DNA of 64,000 nt, taken from contig OZ024742.1 in assembly GCA_964016885.1 (NCBI GenBank), positions 215,822,001-215,886,000 of the forward strand, written 5' to 3'. Below are positions 28,607-41,500 of the stretch, in pieces. Made by a program: the position numbers and the translations under genes. Below the pieces are notes generated by a model. That model was not told the DNA's origin. It ran no database searches and saw nothing but the letters and a program-made list of their open reading frames with translations. The first letter of the stretch is position 1, and each line of letters opens with the position of its first letter. Source of the stretch: Eledone cirrhosa (taxonomy: Eukaryota).

Positions 28607-28644
28607 CGAGAACAATTGTTTCACCTTAGCGGATCCTCAGCTCG
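28607..28644 (-). ncRNA. Minimal type-I hammerhead ribozyme candidate
   Basis: Minus strand: CGAG-CUGAGGA-UCC GCUAA GGU-GAAA-CAAUUG-UU-CUCG. Intact core, 4-bp stem I, weak stem II, palindromic stem III, GUU triplet. Confidence 0.65.
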
Positions 28645-29504
28645 CAATGGACATCTTTACACCATGTTCTCGGTATGGTGAACTAATTGTTGTGTAACCA
28701 CTTATATATATATATATATATATATAAATCTACGTACATACATATATATACATACATACATACATTTACGTATGTATATAGCTATGCAATTATACATTTG
28801 TATATATACATGCATTTATATTTAAGTGTGTAAGGATGTTGACATGATCTATGTGGGTTTTTTTGGTAAGGAGAAAAATGTTGTCGCCTGATATTATTAC
28901 CTAGGGAGATTAAATACCACAGCTCTGGCTGAAAGCTGACCAGGTTCTCAACCTCATCAAAATACTAACGCCGGCTTGTGTGTGTATATATATATGTGTG
29001 TGTGTGTGTGTATCTATGTATGTGTGTGTAAGTTCACCATCATCGCTTCTTTTTGTTGTCATTTCTGTTGAAGTAGTCCTTATTTTCATTCTCTTTAATT
29101 TCTTTTGATTTTCTTTTATCTCCCTAGGAAATTCTTTGACAAGCCTCTTTTGTTTATTTTCTTCGTTTTCTTCATTCAAATCCATTCACACTGGCTGTCT
29201 AAGCGACGTACACATATGACTTATAAAACTTACCAAACTATAGGGGCTTCTAGCACCCCCACAGTTTCAAACGCCCCCCTAACGCTCTCTTACTGCATAA
29301 CGTCCCACTGGAGCTACGAAAAGACCCCCCCCCCTATAGGGGGGGGGGGCATATGCCTGTGATTAAAGTGATTTTGATTGAAAAACATCGTTAGGACTTC
29401 CCAAACTCCACAAAAGTAAAATGATTAACAATGCCTGTAAAATACTTACCAATGCCTGGATTCAACATCAACCTATATAAACGGTGTCTATATATGTATA
29501 TCAT

Positions 29505-29700
29505 AAATAATTGTTTCTACTTTTGGCACAAGGCCAGCGATTACCCAGTACATTACTGGTACTTTATTTTATCGACCCCATAAGGATGAAAGGCAAAGTT
29601 AACCTCGACGGGATTTGAACTCAGACCGTAATAGGACGTAACTATTCTAGAAAGCATGACGTCCAACCTTCTACTGATACTGCCTTATCATCAGAGTTGA
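29505..29700 (-). mobile_element. tRNA-type SINE copy
   Basis: 'ctggtactttattttatcgaccccataaggatgaaaggcaaagttaacctcgacgggatttgaactcaga' is the reverse complement of the SINE core. Confidence 0.9.
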
Positions 29701-30930
29701 TGTTGTTTTTATTGTTGATTTTGTTACATTTTTTTCATAACATATATGTTGATATGTTGTAATATTTTTCTTTTTTCATGAAAAACGTTATAAATTTCTT
29801 TATATTTAGTGGAAAGGTTATTAACTGTTATATATTTAAGTCTTGAATCAGAAATTATCTTTCAACGGGACCTCAACATAATTGCTTATAGGATATAGAA
29901 TCCGTAATGGGTTAGCAGACCGTTTTCCACGGGGTTAACTTAACGTAAGATGTCAAGCCAATTGACAAAGAAACAAAGAAAAATCAAACAGAAAAATAGG
30001 TTTAATCGGAACCGCAAATAATTCATCAGATATAAAACGGATAACAGAATGACTAGCATCAACAATAGCAACCACAGCAAACCGATACAAAAAAAGTATT
30101 GCTTACTTAATGAGCACGAAACATCAACCAGCGGCGGAATTTTGCATTTTAACATTAGGGTGCAATTGAAATCCTCTGACCTGACAGAAGCACCTCAAAT
30201 TACACCTGACATATTTAAAGTATGAAAACCAAACATTACTCCAAGATAGTGTGCGATTGAAAACAAACTGAGATGAAGAGAGCCGTAAAGTTTTTAATCA
30301 TATATCTGTTGAACCAGGATTAATCTAGATTTAAAACCACCACAAACAAACAATAAAATTCCGATAACAACAGCTGAAAATTTAAATGAAAACGATATAA
30401 CAAGATATAAACAGTAGAAGCATTGGAATATGTTTGTATGAATATAAATTAGACTTCATTTCATTAAGATGAATGATAAACTAGAACAAACATGGCAATA
30501 CGTTAATAGAGGAAAAGTAACTACACTCCCAAAAGAGCTGATACAAATAAAACGAGAATTGCGAGACAACATTTCGTTGTCCTCGCTAGCAAAAGAAGAC
30601 CTTAAGATAAGTCGATGAAAACAAACATGAAATTAGTAATAGTTTCTTCTTGCACAACTCGCCCACGGTAACTGGGAAGCATGTCACAACGTCCTCAGAA
30701 CACGATAAATATACAACCTCTGTCTGGCTGAAAGATATCAAAGATGTGTTAAATGTGATAATCAGGACTAAATGCAATAGGTCTTGTGGTTAGATTTAAT
30801 ACTACAAAATCGACCTTTTCCGTTTAAACCCGAATTTTATTAAAATTTATTCCTGTCCCAGCGAGGCGTTTAATATAAAAGTGTAGTTATAGCTATATAA
30901 TCTTTACACAAGCTATTTTTGTAAACTATA

Positions 30931-31039
<109 letters not shown>

Positions 31040-32143
31040 TAAGTGTTAGAGAAAACAATACAAAATTCTTGAACAGATAAGTTTAATGACTTAAAACTGT
31101 TTTTGAAATCATATCAGAATCCAGCCGATACAGAGATTAAAATTATCGATTATATAATCGATAAGAGCAAATCATAATATAACTAAACAAAGATACGATC
31201 TCATCTTCAGAACAAAAAAGAAAACAGATATAAAATTCGAAAATACATGTCACTATAGATAAGGACTACATTAAATGTAAAAATCGAAGAATACCAGTCG
31301 ACATATGAAGGATCGAAACAGAATTAGAATATATTTTAAATTTAAAGATGTTAACCGTGTAAAAACTGGAGGAGATATGAAACAGGAAACAAGGTGTATA
31401 TAGCAAGCGGCATAAATATGATGAAAGGAAGTCAATTTGATAATAAAGCAAAAATAAATATTTAATAGAATTTAACGTTGAAATACTAAGGAAATATAAA
31501 AAAAAAAGGAAGAAAGGTGTTAGTATTATACTTATAATAAAAAAAAATGAATATAGGTGTGAAAAAAATAGCGTGCAAAATTAATCAAGAGTGTTAACAT
31601 ACGAGGAATCATTAAAATAAAATAATTAGAAGGAGTGATAAGGGAGGAAAGATTAAAAGAATTATATTATAAATTAAAGGGTAAGAAAATGATAGATAAA
31701 AAGAAAAGAAATATTATCATATTTAATTGTCAGGCTATGTATACTAGAGTGTAAGAGGCCAAATTACTATGCAAATGTTCCACTGGTGGTTAATTAAAAT
31801 GTAGTTCTGAGGGAAGGCCCAGGTTGGGGGACATACATAGGTGTGAAGAAATAGATTATGTAATCGATAATTTTCATTTGTTACAACTGGATTCTGATAT
31901 GATTTTTGAAACAAGTATAAGCCATTAAACATATTTGTTCAAGAATCTGGTATTGTTTTCTCTAACATTTAATTTCTATATTAATGCTCTGCCTATACAC
32001 ATTTTGCATGACATTATTTCCCTTGCTTATTTTCCTTCGCTTGTCTTGCATCTTATATGCATTGAGCACACTATCCCCTTCAATACTAGCATATACTTCT
32101 CACAACTAATCTCCTATCTCTCCTCCTTGATTAGTTTGTACGC

Positions 32144-32194
<51 letters not shown>

Positions 32195-32253
32195 CAAGGC
32201 TCTGATACCATCAGCACTATAAACACAGAGCTGGCATATCTAAGAACTGAATA

Positions 32254-32309
32254 ACTGCCTGATGAGGTCATAGCCATTCAATGGCTATCATCGAAATATA
32301 TATAGCAGT
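32254..32309 (+). ncRNA. Type-I hammerhead ribozyme candidate inside a ~165-bp insert flanked by (TA)n
   Basis: ACUGC-CUGAUGA-GGUC AUAGCCAU UCA AUGGCUAU CAUC-GAAA-UAUAUA-UA-GCAGU. Perfect core, 5-bp stem I, long stem II, palindromic stem III, AUA triplet, followed by AAUAAA. Confidence 0.8.
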
Positions 32310-32353
32310 AAATAAAGGATTATGAGTTCATGCAATTGACTTATATTTCGTCA

Positions 32354-32404
<51 letters not shown>

Positions 32405-32741
32405 GAATATGTAAGCACATAAATTCTTGCACACGAACACATAGGCATTCATGTGCACGCAGACAAACATAGACATATATAAAGTTAGAGGGGGTGTATG
32501 TGTATGTATTTATTTTCATATCACTTGAATCATTAATAGAATATCTCATTCATAGTACGAACCCCCAGCAGGATAATCTATTTTACTCTTTCTAATGTAT
32601 AAGTTGATTTCTTTAAACCTGGATGCTTTGAGGGAAAAATAAATTATATATATAGATACTGACATGTATATTTATATACGTATATATATATATAGTAATT
32701 CTTTCCTTAAACTTTAAACTGTTATTTTAATATATATATAT

Positions 32742-33687
32742 AAATATGTAGTTTAGAAAGCCACAACAATGCAGATGGGAAATCTCGAGGTAGGAAGTGA
32801 GTGAGAAATAGGAGAAAAGTGAAAATTGAGAGAAACGAAAAAACGAAAACAAAACAAAGGTAGAAGGGTTACCGTAGTGGAGATTTAATCCCAATATTTC
32901 GGGCTCACGCCCATCAACGGGGGGAAAGTTCCAAAAAAAGGGGGGGGGGAACAGGCTAAGCCGGAGAAAGTTGTATTGTCGTTAAAACATAGGAATGCCG
33001 TTATGGGGAAAATTCAAACGAGGGAAAGAATGCGCGTGCGCGTGATAGGCTGTGGCAAAAGCTACTGACCAATTGGGTTAAATCAATAGGGTGCGCTAGC
33101 GTGTGAAAGCCGTAAAATATGTGTGTGTAAATATATATGTTTGTAACTGTGTGTGTGTATGTGTATGTGTGTATGTATGTGAGTGTGTGTGTGTGAAAGA
33201 TAGTGGGCCGTAGAAGCTGGAATTCAAAGGGTGTGAAAGGTGGTAGGTTGTATAAACATGTGTGCGTGTATACATATAGATGTGTGTGTGTGTGTGTGTA
33301 TGTGTATGGGTATACATATAAGTGCGTGTGTGTGAAAGATAGTAGGCCGTAGGGGCTGTTACTGGTCACTATGGTTAGATTAGCCATGTCAGTTCATTTC
33401 TCTCAGCCCGGTTGTTAAGTGGGGGTCTGAGGTTCTTAATAACAAGTGCTTCCTTTATCCTTAAGGATCCGATGCTGCGTTCAGTCGCTAGGACTGTGAC
33501 CAAGGGTCTGCCCTGTGGGTTTCCGCATTTAAGGATGTGTTTACGGAAGGAAGATGCGTTGGTGTTGACGTGTTTCTCTCAACATGACATTCGTTTCTCT
33601 CAATTTTCACTTTTCTCTTATTTCTCACTCACTTCCTACCTCGAGATTTCCCATCTGCATTGTTGTGGCTTTCTAAACTACATATTT
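32742..33687 (-). mobile_element. Penelope-like element 3' fragment (GIY-YIG endonuclease C-terminus + 3'UTR) with 98-bp inverted ends
   Basis: Minus strand ~33575-33376 'HVNTNASSFRKHILKCG..TVLATERSIGSLRIKEALVIKNLRPPLNNRAE..*'. Arms 32742-32839 and 33590-33687 are inverted (1 mismatch). Degenerate hammerhead at 32890-32923; (TA)n on both sides. Confidence 0.85.
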
Positions 33688-33715
33688 CACAATGCTTCAA
33701 GCAAACTTTAACACC

Positions 33716-33773
<58 letters not shown>

Positions 33774-34459
33774 TTATATATATATATATACAATAATAAT
33801 AAAATGGGGAGAAGAAGCACACGAGTTAGGATATATATATATATATGAAGACTGGGAGAAAAAGACGATTATTAGGAAGAAAAATATTTCTTTCCCTTTT
33901 TATTTCTTTCTCTCTTTTTTCTGGGTTGGAAAATGATTAAAACGAAATATTTTACTTTGTGTGAAGTGTTAAGGTATTAGTTGATCTATTTATTAATTAA
34001 CAATGGCATTTATTTATTTATTTATATATTTAATAATTGCCTAATAACGGTTTCAGCATTTTTATGCATTATTAAATGATAATAATATGTATTGGTGAAG
34101 AATGGTGGTGTTGGACATGTTAAAGAAATGGTGCAGAAAGAATAATGTTATTTACAAACAAGGTTTATGAAATGAAAAGAAAAAAGAAAAAAAGGATCGT
34201 AATGTGGAGCATAATAAGGCAATGTGAAAGAAAAAAATAATGTTATTTACAGGCATAGTTCTTGAAGATAAGCAGTTCAAAATGTGTTAATATAGCAAGA
34301 GTGCTTAGTTGATCCATGGTGGAGGCAAATGGTAAACTGGGGTTGATATGATTTCCCTTTTTAGAGAGTTAATATGCAGGGGGAGGTAATTCATACTGGA
34401 TGATATTTAATTTATTTAAGAAAAAGCATATTAACTTTAGATTAACACACTAGATTAGA

Positions 34460-34790
34460 GTCTCAACGTACTTCTACTGGGAGACGTTAACTTTTCCAAG
34501 ATGAAATGGCCTGAAGGCCATCTCCTCTCAGGAATGATAGAACTTGAATAGAGATAGACATAATCCCTGCTGGACCCCACAAAGTAGTTATTCATGGAAT
34601 AAGTAGTAGTTCCCCAAAAAATGTTCATCCACAATGTAAAGGTGACACCAACGATTTTCTCGGATCATAACATAGTAGAACAAATGATATGGTCTGAGGG
34701 AGTAAGAAGAGACTTAACCAACATGAAGCACCGGGAATCTATCCAGCCAAAACTTTCACAAGACTAACTGTAAAAGGATTCATGTGCACG
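34460..34790 (+). mobile_element. Old LINE (CR1/L2-like) APE endonuclease fragment
   Basis: Frame reads 'NVLLLGDVNFSKMKWPEG...FME*VV...IHNVKVTPTIFSDHNIVE' (GD.N..W and SDH motifs), with stops. Confidence 0.6.
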
Positions 34791-36064
34791 TGATATATCT
34801 TAATTTGAGAAGTCTTTCGTATCGGTCGACCATGGAATTAGAGGACAGACAATCAAGAGCCCGGCTGCTGCTATTCTTTTACACCAAGATCTGATGTGCT
34901 GACAACAAGAAATGTAATACTGGAAAATGTCAAGCCCTACGATATCAGGCTGCATATAGAAAGTGTTAGTTGTAACACTTTCTATATCCAGCCTGATATA
35001 TATATATATATATATATATACAGGATACATATTCTGTTGGTGTTTCCTTTGAAGATTGCGATAAAAATAATCCAGTCATTCATTTTAAGAGGTAAAACAT
35101 ATTATTTCGTGAGAATTTCGTATGTAGAATTTGAATGAGTCAATTTGTTATTGGTTCAACTAATAATGCAGATATACAGTTTAAGATTACATACACTGTC
35201 ACACATAGATATATACACACAAAGGCATATCCAACACACAACACACAGGCACAAATATTTATGTAACATCGTTGTTAGCTACACTAGTGCATCATGGGCC
35301 TAAAAATTCCTGTTCAAGTGAACATTAATACCTCACTCCTTCGTTGGGCACAAATACACACACACTCACACACGCACACAATCACAGACAAATATATACA
35401 TATATATATATATATATACACGCTCAGACACACGCACACACGTACCGACACACACACACACACACATACACACACACACACACACATACACACACACACA
35501 CACATTAATATATGGTTAGGTGCGTGTATATATGTATGTATCTATATAAATATACACATACATATATTATATTATATCATATTATATCATATTATATTTT
35601 GGGTATCCCCCGTGTTTAGAATTTGTTTACATGAATTATCATTTAAACTGTAGTTTTAGCTGTATAAAATTTACCTTAGAATTTGAGTTATACGTTGTTA
35701 TGCATAACTATTAAATATATAATTAAGAATTACGCGGACACATAGAAGTACACACGTACCACCAATACACAAAGACACCGACACGCACAACCAATGCGCC
35801 CACGCTTGCCTCATATAACACTGTGAATTTGCCTCCTGGGTTTTATTTGTTTCCTTTATTAACTATATATATATATATGTATATATATATCTATATATAT
35901 ATATGTATATATATATATGTATATTATATATATATATATGTATTTCAAAGGAATTGTGGCAAGGAACCAGATGGACTATAACGCACCGGAGTACTCAATA
36001 CTTAGAGAAGTAGAGTGGGAAATAGGAACAAGTATGACCCCGACAGCAGAAAAGCATACTTTTT

Positions 36065-36119
<55 letters not shown>

Positions 36120-36143
36120 AGATACATACGCACACACACGCAC

Positions 36144-36202
<59 letters not shown>

Positions 36203-36210
36203 TATGTGTA

Positions 36211-36277
<67 letters not shown>

Positions 36278-36724
36278 ATGTATAGTTGCAAGTCTACTTC
36301 TGTGTGTTTACATGTGGAAACGAATGTCTTCCGCTTCCATACATTTTCCTCTTTCTACTTTATGTCTGCTTTGTAATATATTTCTTTGATTTATTTTTCT
36401 TTCTTCATTCGTAATTTATACTGATATTTGTTATACCCTCCTCCTTTTCGAGATCTTGTTGTTAGTTGTATTTTTTCCACGAGAGCGCAAACCCTACTAT
36501 AACAATAAAAACGACAATATCAAACTACTCGGAATTTCATGAAGTATCTACAAGTAATTCTACCACACATATATATCATGGCACGATGTGTACTGTACTT
36601 AGAGTAGCATTTAGATATAAACCAATGAAGTTAAGACTTGGCCGGGTGCGCACCACATCTGCTTTCAACAATATCCAGCCACATACACACTCACCTATAT
36701 ATATATGTGTGTTTCTGTGTGTGG

Positions 36725-36763
<39 letters not shown>

Positions 36764-37159
36764 TGGGTGTGTGTATGAGTGTGTGTGTTAATTTGCACAT
36801 AAGTATCGTAATTTATAGGCTTTCAACATAAGAATGTGTATGTTAATACCAATTGAAACATCATCTGATAAGCTACTGGATATGAATGTTAGAGATAAAT
36901 ATTCTTCTTAGTTTGTGCATGAGATGTTGGGTGTGAATATATTCTTACTATATCCTGCAATATGTCGTGACCGTACTGGTGAATTATTAGTGAAATATTA
37001 TTAGTTTTTTTCCGCCTACTTTTCTACATTGTTAGTATTCGTTGTTTTCTCTTGTTAGGGTTGATCTTCATTACACTCGTCTGTTACACTCTCTAAATTT
37101 GTTGATTCTATATCTAGATGCTTTCTGGAATTCCTCTTAGGTTTTTCAGCATTTCACAT

Positions 37160-37935
37160 TTGTGCAACCGGTACCCTTCTGGATGATGAGTGCACTCGCA
37201 TTGGAGGTATCCCAACTCTTTGGCCACCGCGTGTGTGAGCCACATAAATGCCGCTGTGGTGTGGTTGTTGACAAGTTCGGCCTACACTCTCTGTCTTGCC
37301 ACCAGAGCGCAGGCTGGTTCACCCGACACGCCGCTCTTAACGACGTATTGAGAAGAAACCTGGATGCAGCTGGCTTTCCATCTCAGCTGGAACCAGAAGG
37401 CTTAGACCGTGGAGATGTCAAGCGCCCTCACAGAATCACCCTCTTCCTATCCCTCACCTGGGACGCCACCTGCTGTGACACTTGCTCAACCTCCAAATTA
37501 GTCTCTTTGGCCACAAACCTCGGCATGGCGGCCCGCCTCACAGAAGAACGTAAAATAAACAAATACCTGGGATTGTCCGGCCGCTTCCCCTTCGCACCAT
37601 TTACTATCGAGACCTCAGGCGTACTCTGACCACTTACTGCCGAGCTCATCCGCAAGTTCTGAGCGTCTGGGGATAGAGCCTCGCGAGGTTGGGTGGCTGT
37701 TGCCGCGGGTGTCACTGGCCATGGTCCGTGAGAATGCTTTTTGCCGTCTTGTCCTCGAGCCGCAGCACTTCTGCCCACTTGCCCTAGGCCGAAAGCCCAA
37801 TCGCCCTCCCCCTTCCCTCTCTATCCTCCGACACCAGAGCCCTTGCCATCCCCTTCCGTTCCGGTTCTATTTCTTTTTTCTTTCTCTCATTATTTTCTAT
37901 ATTTCCCTATTTTTTCTTACCTTTAATTCCCCTTT
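37160..37935 (+). mobile_element. 3' fragment of a CRE-clade retrotransposon (same family as 8000-9000)
   Basis: 'VCEPHKCRCG..DKFGLHSLSC..RHAALNDVLRR..LEPEGLDRGDVKRP..LTWDATCCDT..EERKINKY..PFTIETSG': CCHC plus a degenerate RPD..D..K RLE signature. Pyrimidine-rich 3'UTR. Confidence 0.85.
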
Positions 37936-37959
37936 TTTTTATCATTGCCGTCATTACAG

Positions 37960-38573
37960 TTGTCACGGGGTCGATAAAATAAAGTACCAGTAATGCACTG
38001 GGTTATTGCTGGCCTTGTGCCAAAAGTGATTATCATTAGATTGTATAATAATTATTATTGGATTGTACTGTCCTGTATTGTCCTTAATGTCTTACTTTGG
38101 GTTAACCCTGGTGGTTAATAAAGAAAGCATTATTATTATTGAATTGGCAGTACTGGTAGAGAGTCGGACGCCATGTTTTGGTGAATAGTGACGGCCCTTG
38201 CCATTCTGAGTTCAAATCCCGCCGAGGTTAACTTTGCCTTTCATCCTTACGGGGTCGATAAAATAAAGTACCAGTAATGCACTGGGATAATTGCTGGCAT
38301 TGTGCCAAAAGTAGAAACAATTATTATTATTATTATTAGGGTGGTGGATTGTCAGCAGCGGTAGAGGGTCGGACAACATGCTGTGCAGCATAGAGTTACA
38401 GCCCTTTATGATCTGAGTTCAAATCCCGCCGATGTTAACTTTGCTTTTCATTCTTACGGGTAAATAAAATAAAGTACCAGTCACGCACTGAGGTCGATTT
38501 AATCTACTTTCCCCTCCCCCACAATTGCAGGCCTTGTGCCTATATAAGAAACCATTATTATTATTATTATTAT
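37960..38573 (+). mobile_element. Chain of SINE copies (partial 37960-38035; 38140-38338; 38339-38573) with (ATT)n tails
   Basis: The core 'ggggtcgataaaataaagtaccag..gccttgtgcc' repeats three times. Confidence 0.9.
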
Positions 38574-41500
38574 TGTTCTTTCAGACTCAGTCATTGGTGT
38601 TATTTAACTGGAAAGTTTGTTGAAATGAATATCAAGTCGCTACCTGCAGCCTCAGATATTCAGGCCGTATAGGAGGCTTCTTGCTGTTCCCAGCAAAAAT
38701 GCCTTTTGAAGTGTTCCAAAAAGCGGGGCTGGACTAAACTTCTTTAACAATCCTTGGAAACTCTTTGAGATAGTACTTAGTGCTCCTATTACAATCGGGA
38801 CGACTTTGACTTCATGGCAGTTCCAAATCCTTTAAACCTCCCACTTTAAGTCCTGGTATCGGTTAATTTTCTCCCTCTCCTTTTCTTGCACTCTCATGCC
38901 AAATGGGCAGGCTACATCTACAATCAGGCACGATCTTTTTTCATTGTCTAAAGCCACCAGGTCAGGCCTATTGTGTTCTAATTTCTTGACCGTCTGTATC
39001 CTAAAATCCCATTGGAACTTCACCTGATTGTTTTCTATCACCGACTCTGGCTTATGCTCATACCACTTCTCAGAATGTGGTAAATTGTTTACTTTGCATA
39101 GGTGCCAGTGGATCCCCCTGCCCATCACATCATGTCTCCAGCCTTTATAGTGAATCTGGGCTAGGTGTTTACACTCGGATACAATGTGAGCCAGAGTCTC
39201 CTCTCTCTCTCCACAGATCCTACACAGTCGGCTAGCCTCCTCCTTGTAAATATGGTGTTTCACCAACTTCTTTCTGAGGGCCTGCTCTTGTGCAGACATT
39301 AGCATTCCTTCTGTAGCCTTTTTAAGGTCTACTCTTTTTAACCAGTTCCATTTCTTTGGATCTTTAAATTCAGATTTCTTAAAAAAGGTACTATGAAGGG
39401 ATTTTTCAAGAATGTTGCTCTTCCTCGTTGTTGTTATTTCCTCCTTGGACATCCCCTGGTCAATTGTCTTCTCCTTCAGTACAATTTTGAGCATTGGCTC
39501 CTTACTGTCAGTCACGTATTTGTGCAGGTTATTTTTCTCCATCTGAACACAGTCCTCTATGCTGATAAGACCTCTTCCGCCTTCAGATTTCTTTACGTAG
39601 AGTCTATCGACATCACTCCTCTTGTGGAACATGTTGTAGATATTCAATAGCTTCATAGTCTTCCTATCCATTTCTTTTTGTTCAGCAACATTCCATTTCA
39701 GAATTCCCGCACTGTACCTAATAATAGACACAGCTCGGGAATTCATTGCACTTATGACATTCCTACTATTTGGATGTGATTTTAATACGCTCCTTACTCT
39801 CCTAATGTACTCAGATCTTATCAATTCCTTCAGTTTTTTGTTTTTGATGTCATCAGCCTCACGAACACCTGTATCCTTCTTCAGTGTCAATTTCCTTTAT
39901 CATGTGACCTGTTGGTGCCTGGATTCCGTTGCTTTTGTTCAATTTACCCCTCTTCATGACTAGGACTCCATACTTATTAATACCAAATTGCATACATACA
40001 TCACTGCTGAAAATACGGACAGTGTCAACAAGCACATCCAACTCCTTCTCACTCATCCCAAAGAGTTTAAGATCGTCCATGAAGAGGAGGTGGTTGATGG
40101 TAAGCTCTCCTTTTCTCAACTTGTATCCTGCTCTCACTTTTCGCAGTATAATGGTCAGATACCTCTCTTGATCTTCACGCCTCCCAAGGATTCTCCAGTT
40201 AATGTTAACTCTGTTTTCCAGGACTTCATACTTTTGCCCAACAACTGTCTGATGTTATCTGCCACCTTGAAGATCTCTAGGCTTTTGGTGATCCAAGAAT
40301 GAGGCACCATGTCAAATGCCTTTTTGTAGTCTATCCTTCCCATGGCAAGACCAGTGTGTCTCCTCTTGCAATTCCTCAGTTTTTTGGCCTGCCCCTTAAG
40401 ATTTTCAACTGTGATACTCAAACCAGTTTGTCGGTGTGCCTGTTCACTAATCTCCTTTTGTACTGTCTCAATCCACACTGCCTGGTCATTATGTTTACCA
40501 TCCTGCTCCCATATTCCTCTCCAGAATGTCTTAGTTTGTTCCGCCTCAGGGATCAAGTTGTTGCCTCTTTCTTTCCCTTCAAGCTGTCCAAACAGCATCT
40601 TCTGGTTGTTGTCAAACATGCGGTTCTGTCTATACTGACTGACTCTGCTCTCGTATCGCCTAATTTTTGCACTCCTTGCTTTTTCCTCCTAGATTTGTAC
40701 TTTATTTCCAGTCTATTTTTAGTGTCTATGTTTTTTAGTGTCCCATCAGTAGGGACTCAAGCTTTCCAATGTCATTTCTCATTTCCCTGATTTGACCATT
40801 CAGTCGTTTCTTCAACCAAGATTCTGATCTTTTTTGTTTGTTGTTTCCTCTCGCTTTTATCCAAGTAATTTCCTCACCGCATTTGCTGTTGCTTTGAGGA
40901 TATTGTTGCACTGGTGAAAGCTCCTCGCCTCAAGGTATTCGATGACTTTGTTTACCTTAGCTGTTGTTTCTTTTAACTTTTTCCTGTCTACAAATCTTAG
41001 GTTCATAGGTTTCCCACTATCATTGTTCAATTCATCTACCACTAAGTTTAGGATATCAACCAAATCTTGTCCTAGCTCGTCAGCATTCATCTCCTCAATG
41101 GCTGTATCTTTGTTCCAGGTATTATTTATTTCAGCATTCAGACCATTGTCTGCTTCGGATGGTTCCTCCGTTCTCTCAAACTCTTCACCTTCATTTCCCA
41201 CTGGCTCGTTTGCCTAGCATACTCCACTCTCCATTTCCAACCTAATCTCTCTGCTGAGTTGCTCCAGTTCCAGCACGCTTATCCACCCACTAGTTCTTAT
41301 TACCCGAGCCTGCCCGGCCAATTTTTGTTCATCTAATTTAAATAGACCAATCTCGTTCCAGATGTTATGCATCCGTTTCCTATAGCCTTTCTCATTGGGG
41401 TTACTCTTCAGGTAACATTGCATAACAGTTCTATTCAATTCTTTAATCCAGTTGGTTCTGGTCCCTTTCCTTCTTCTTCTTCCTCCGACACCTGCTGGGT

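Larger units (their letters stand above)
27873..28833. repeat. Outer inverted repeat (arms ~27873-27975 and ~28715-28833) enclosing (TA)n tracts and two hairpin inserts
   Basis: 'ttacacacttaaatataaatgcatgtat..gcatagctatatacatacgtaaatgtatgtat' recurs as a reverse complement ending at 28833. Confidence 0.9.

Noticed and set aside
29323-29350. C-run/TATA/G-run palindrome
   Set aside because: Homopolymer-based and too short to distinguish from chance or a MITE remnant.
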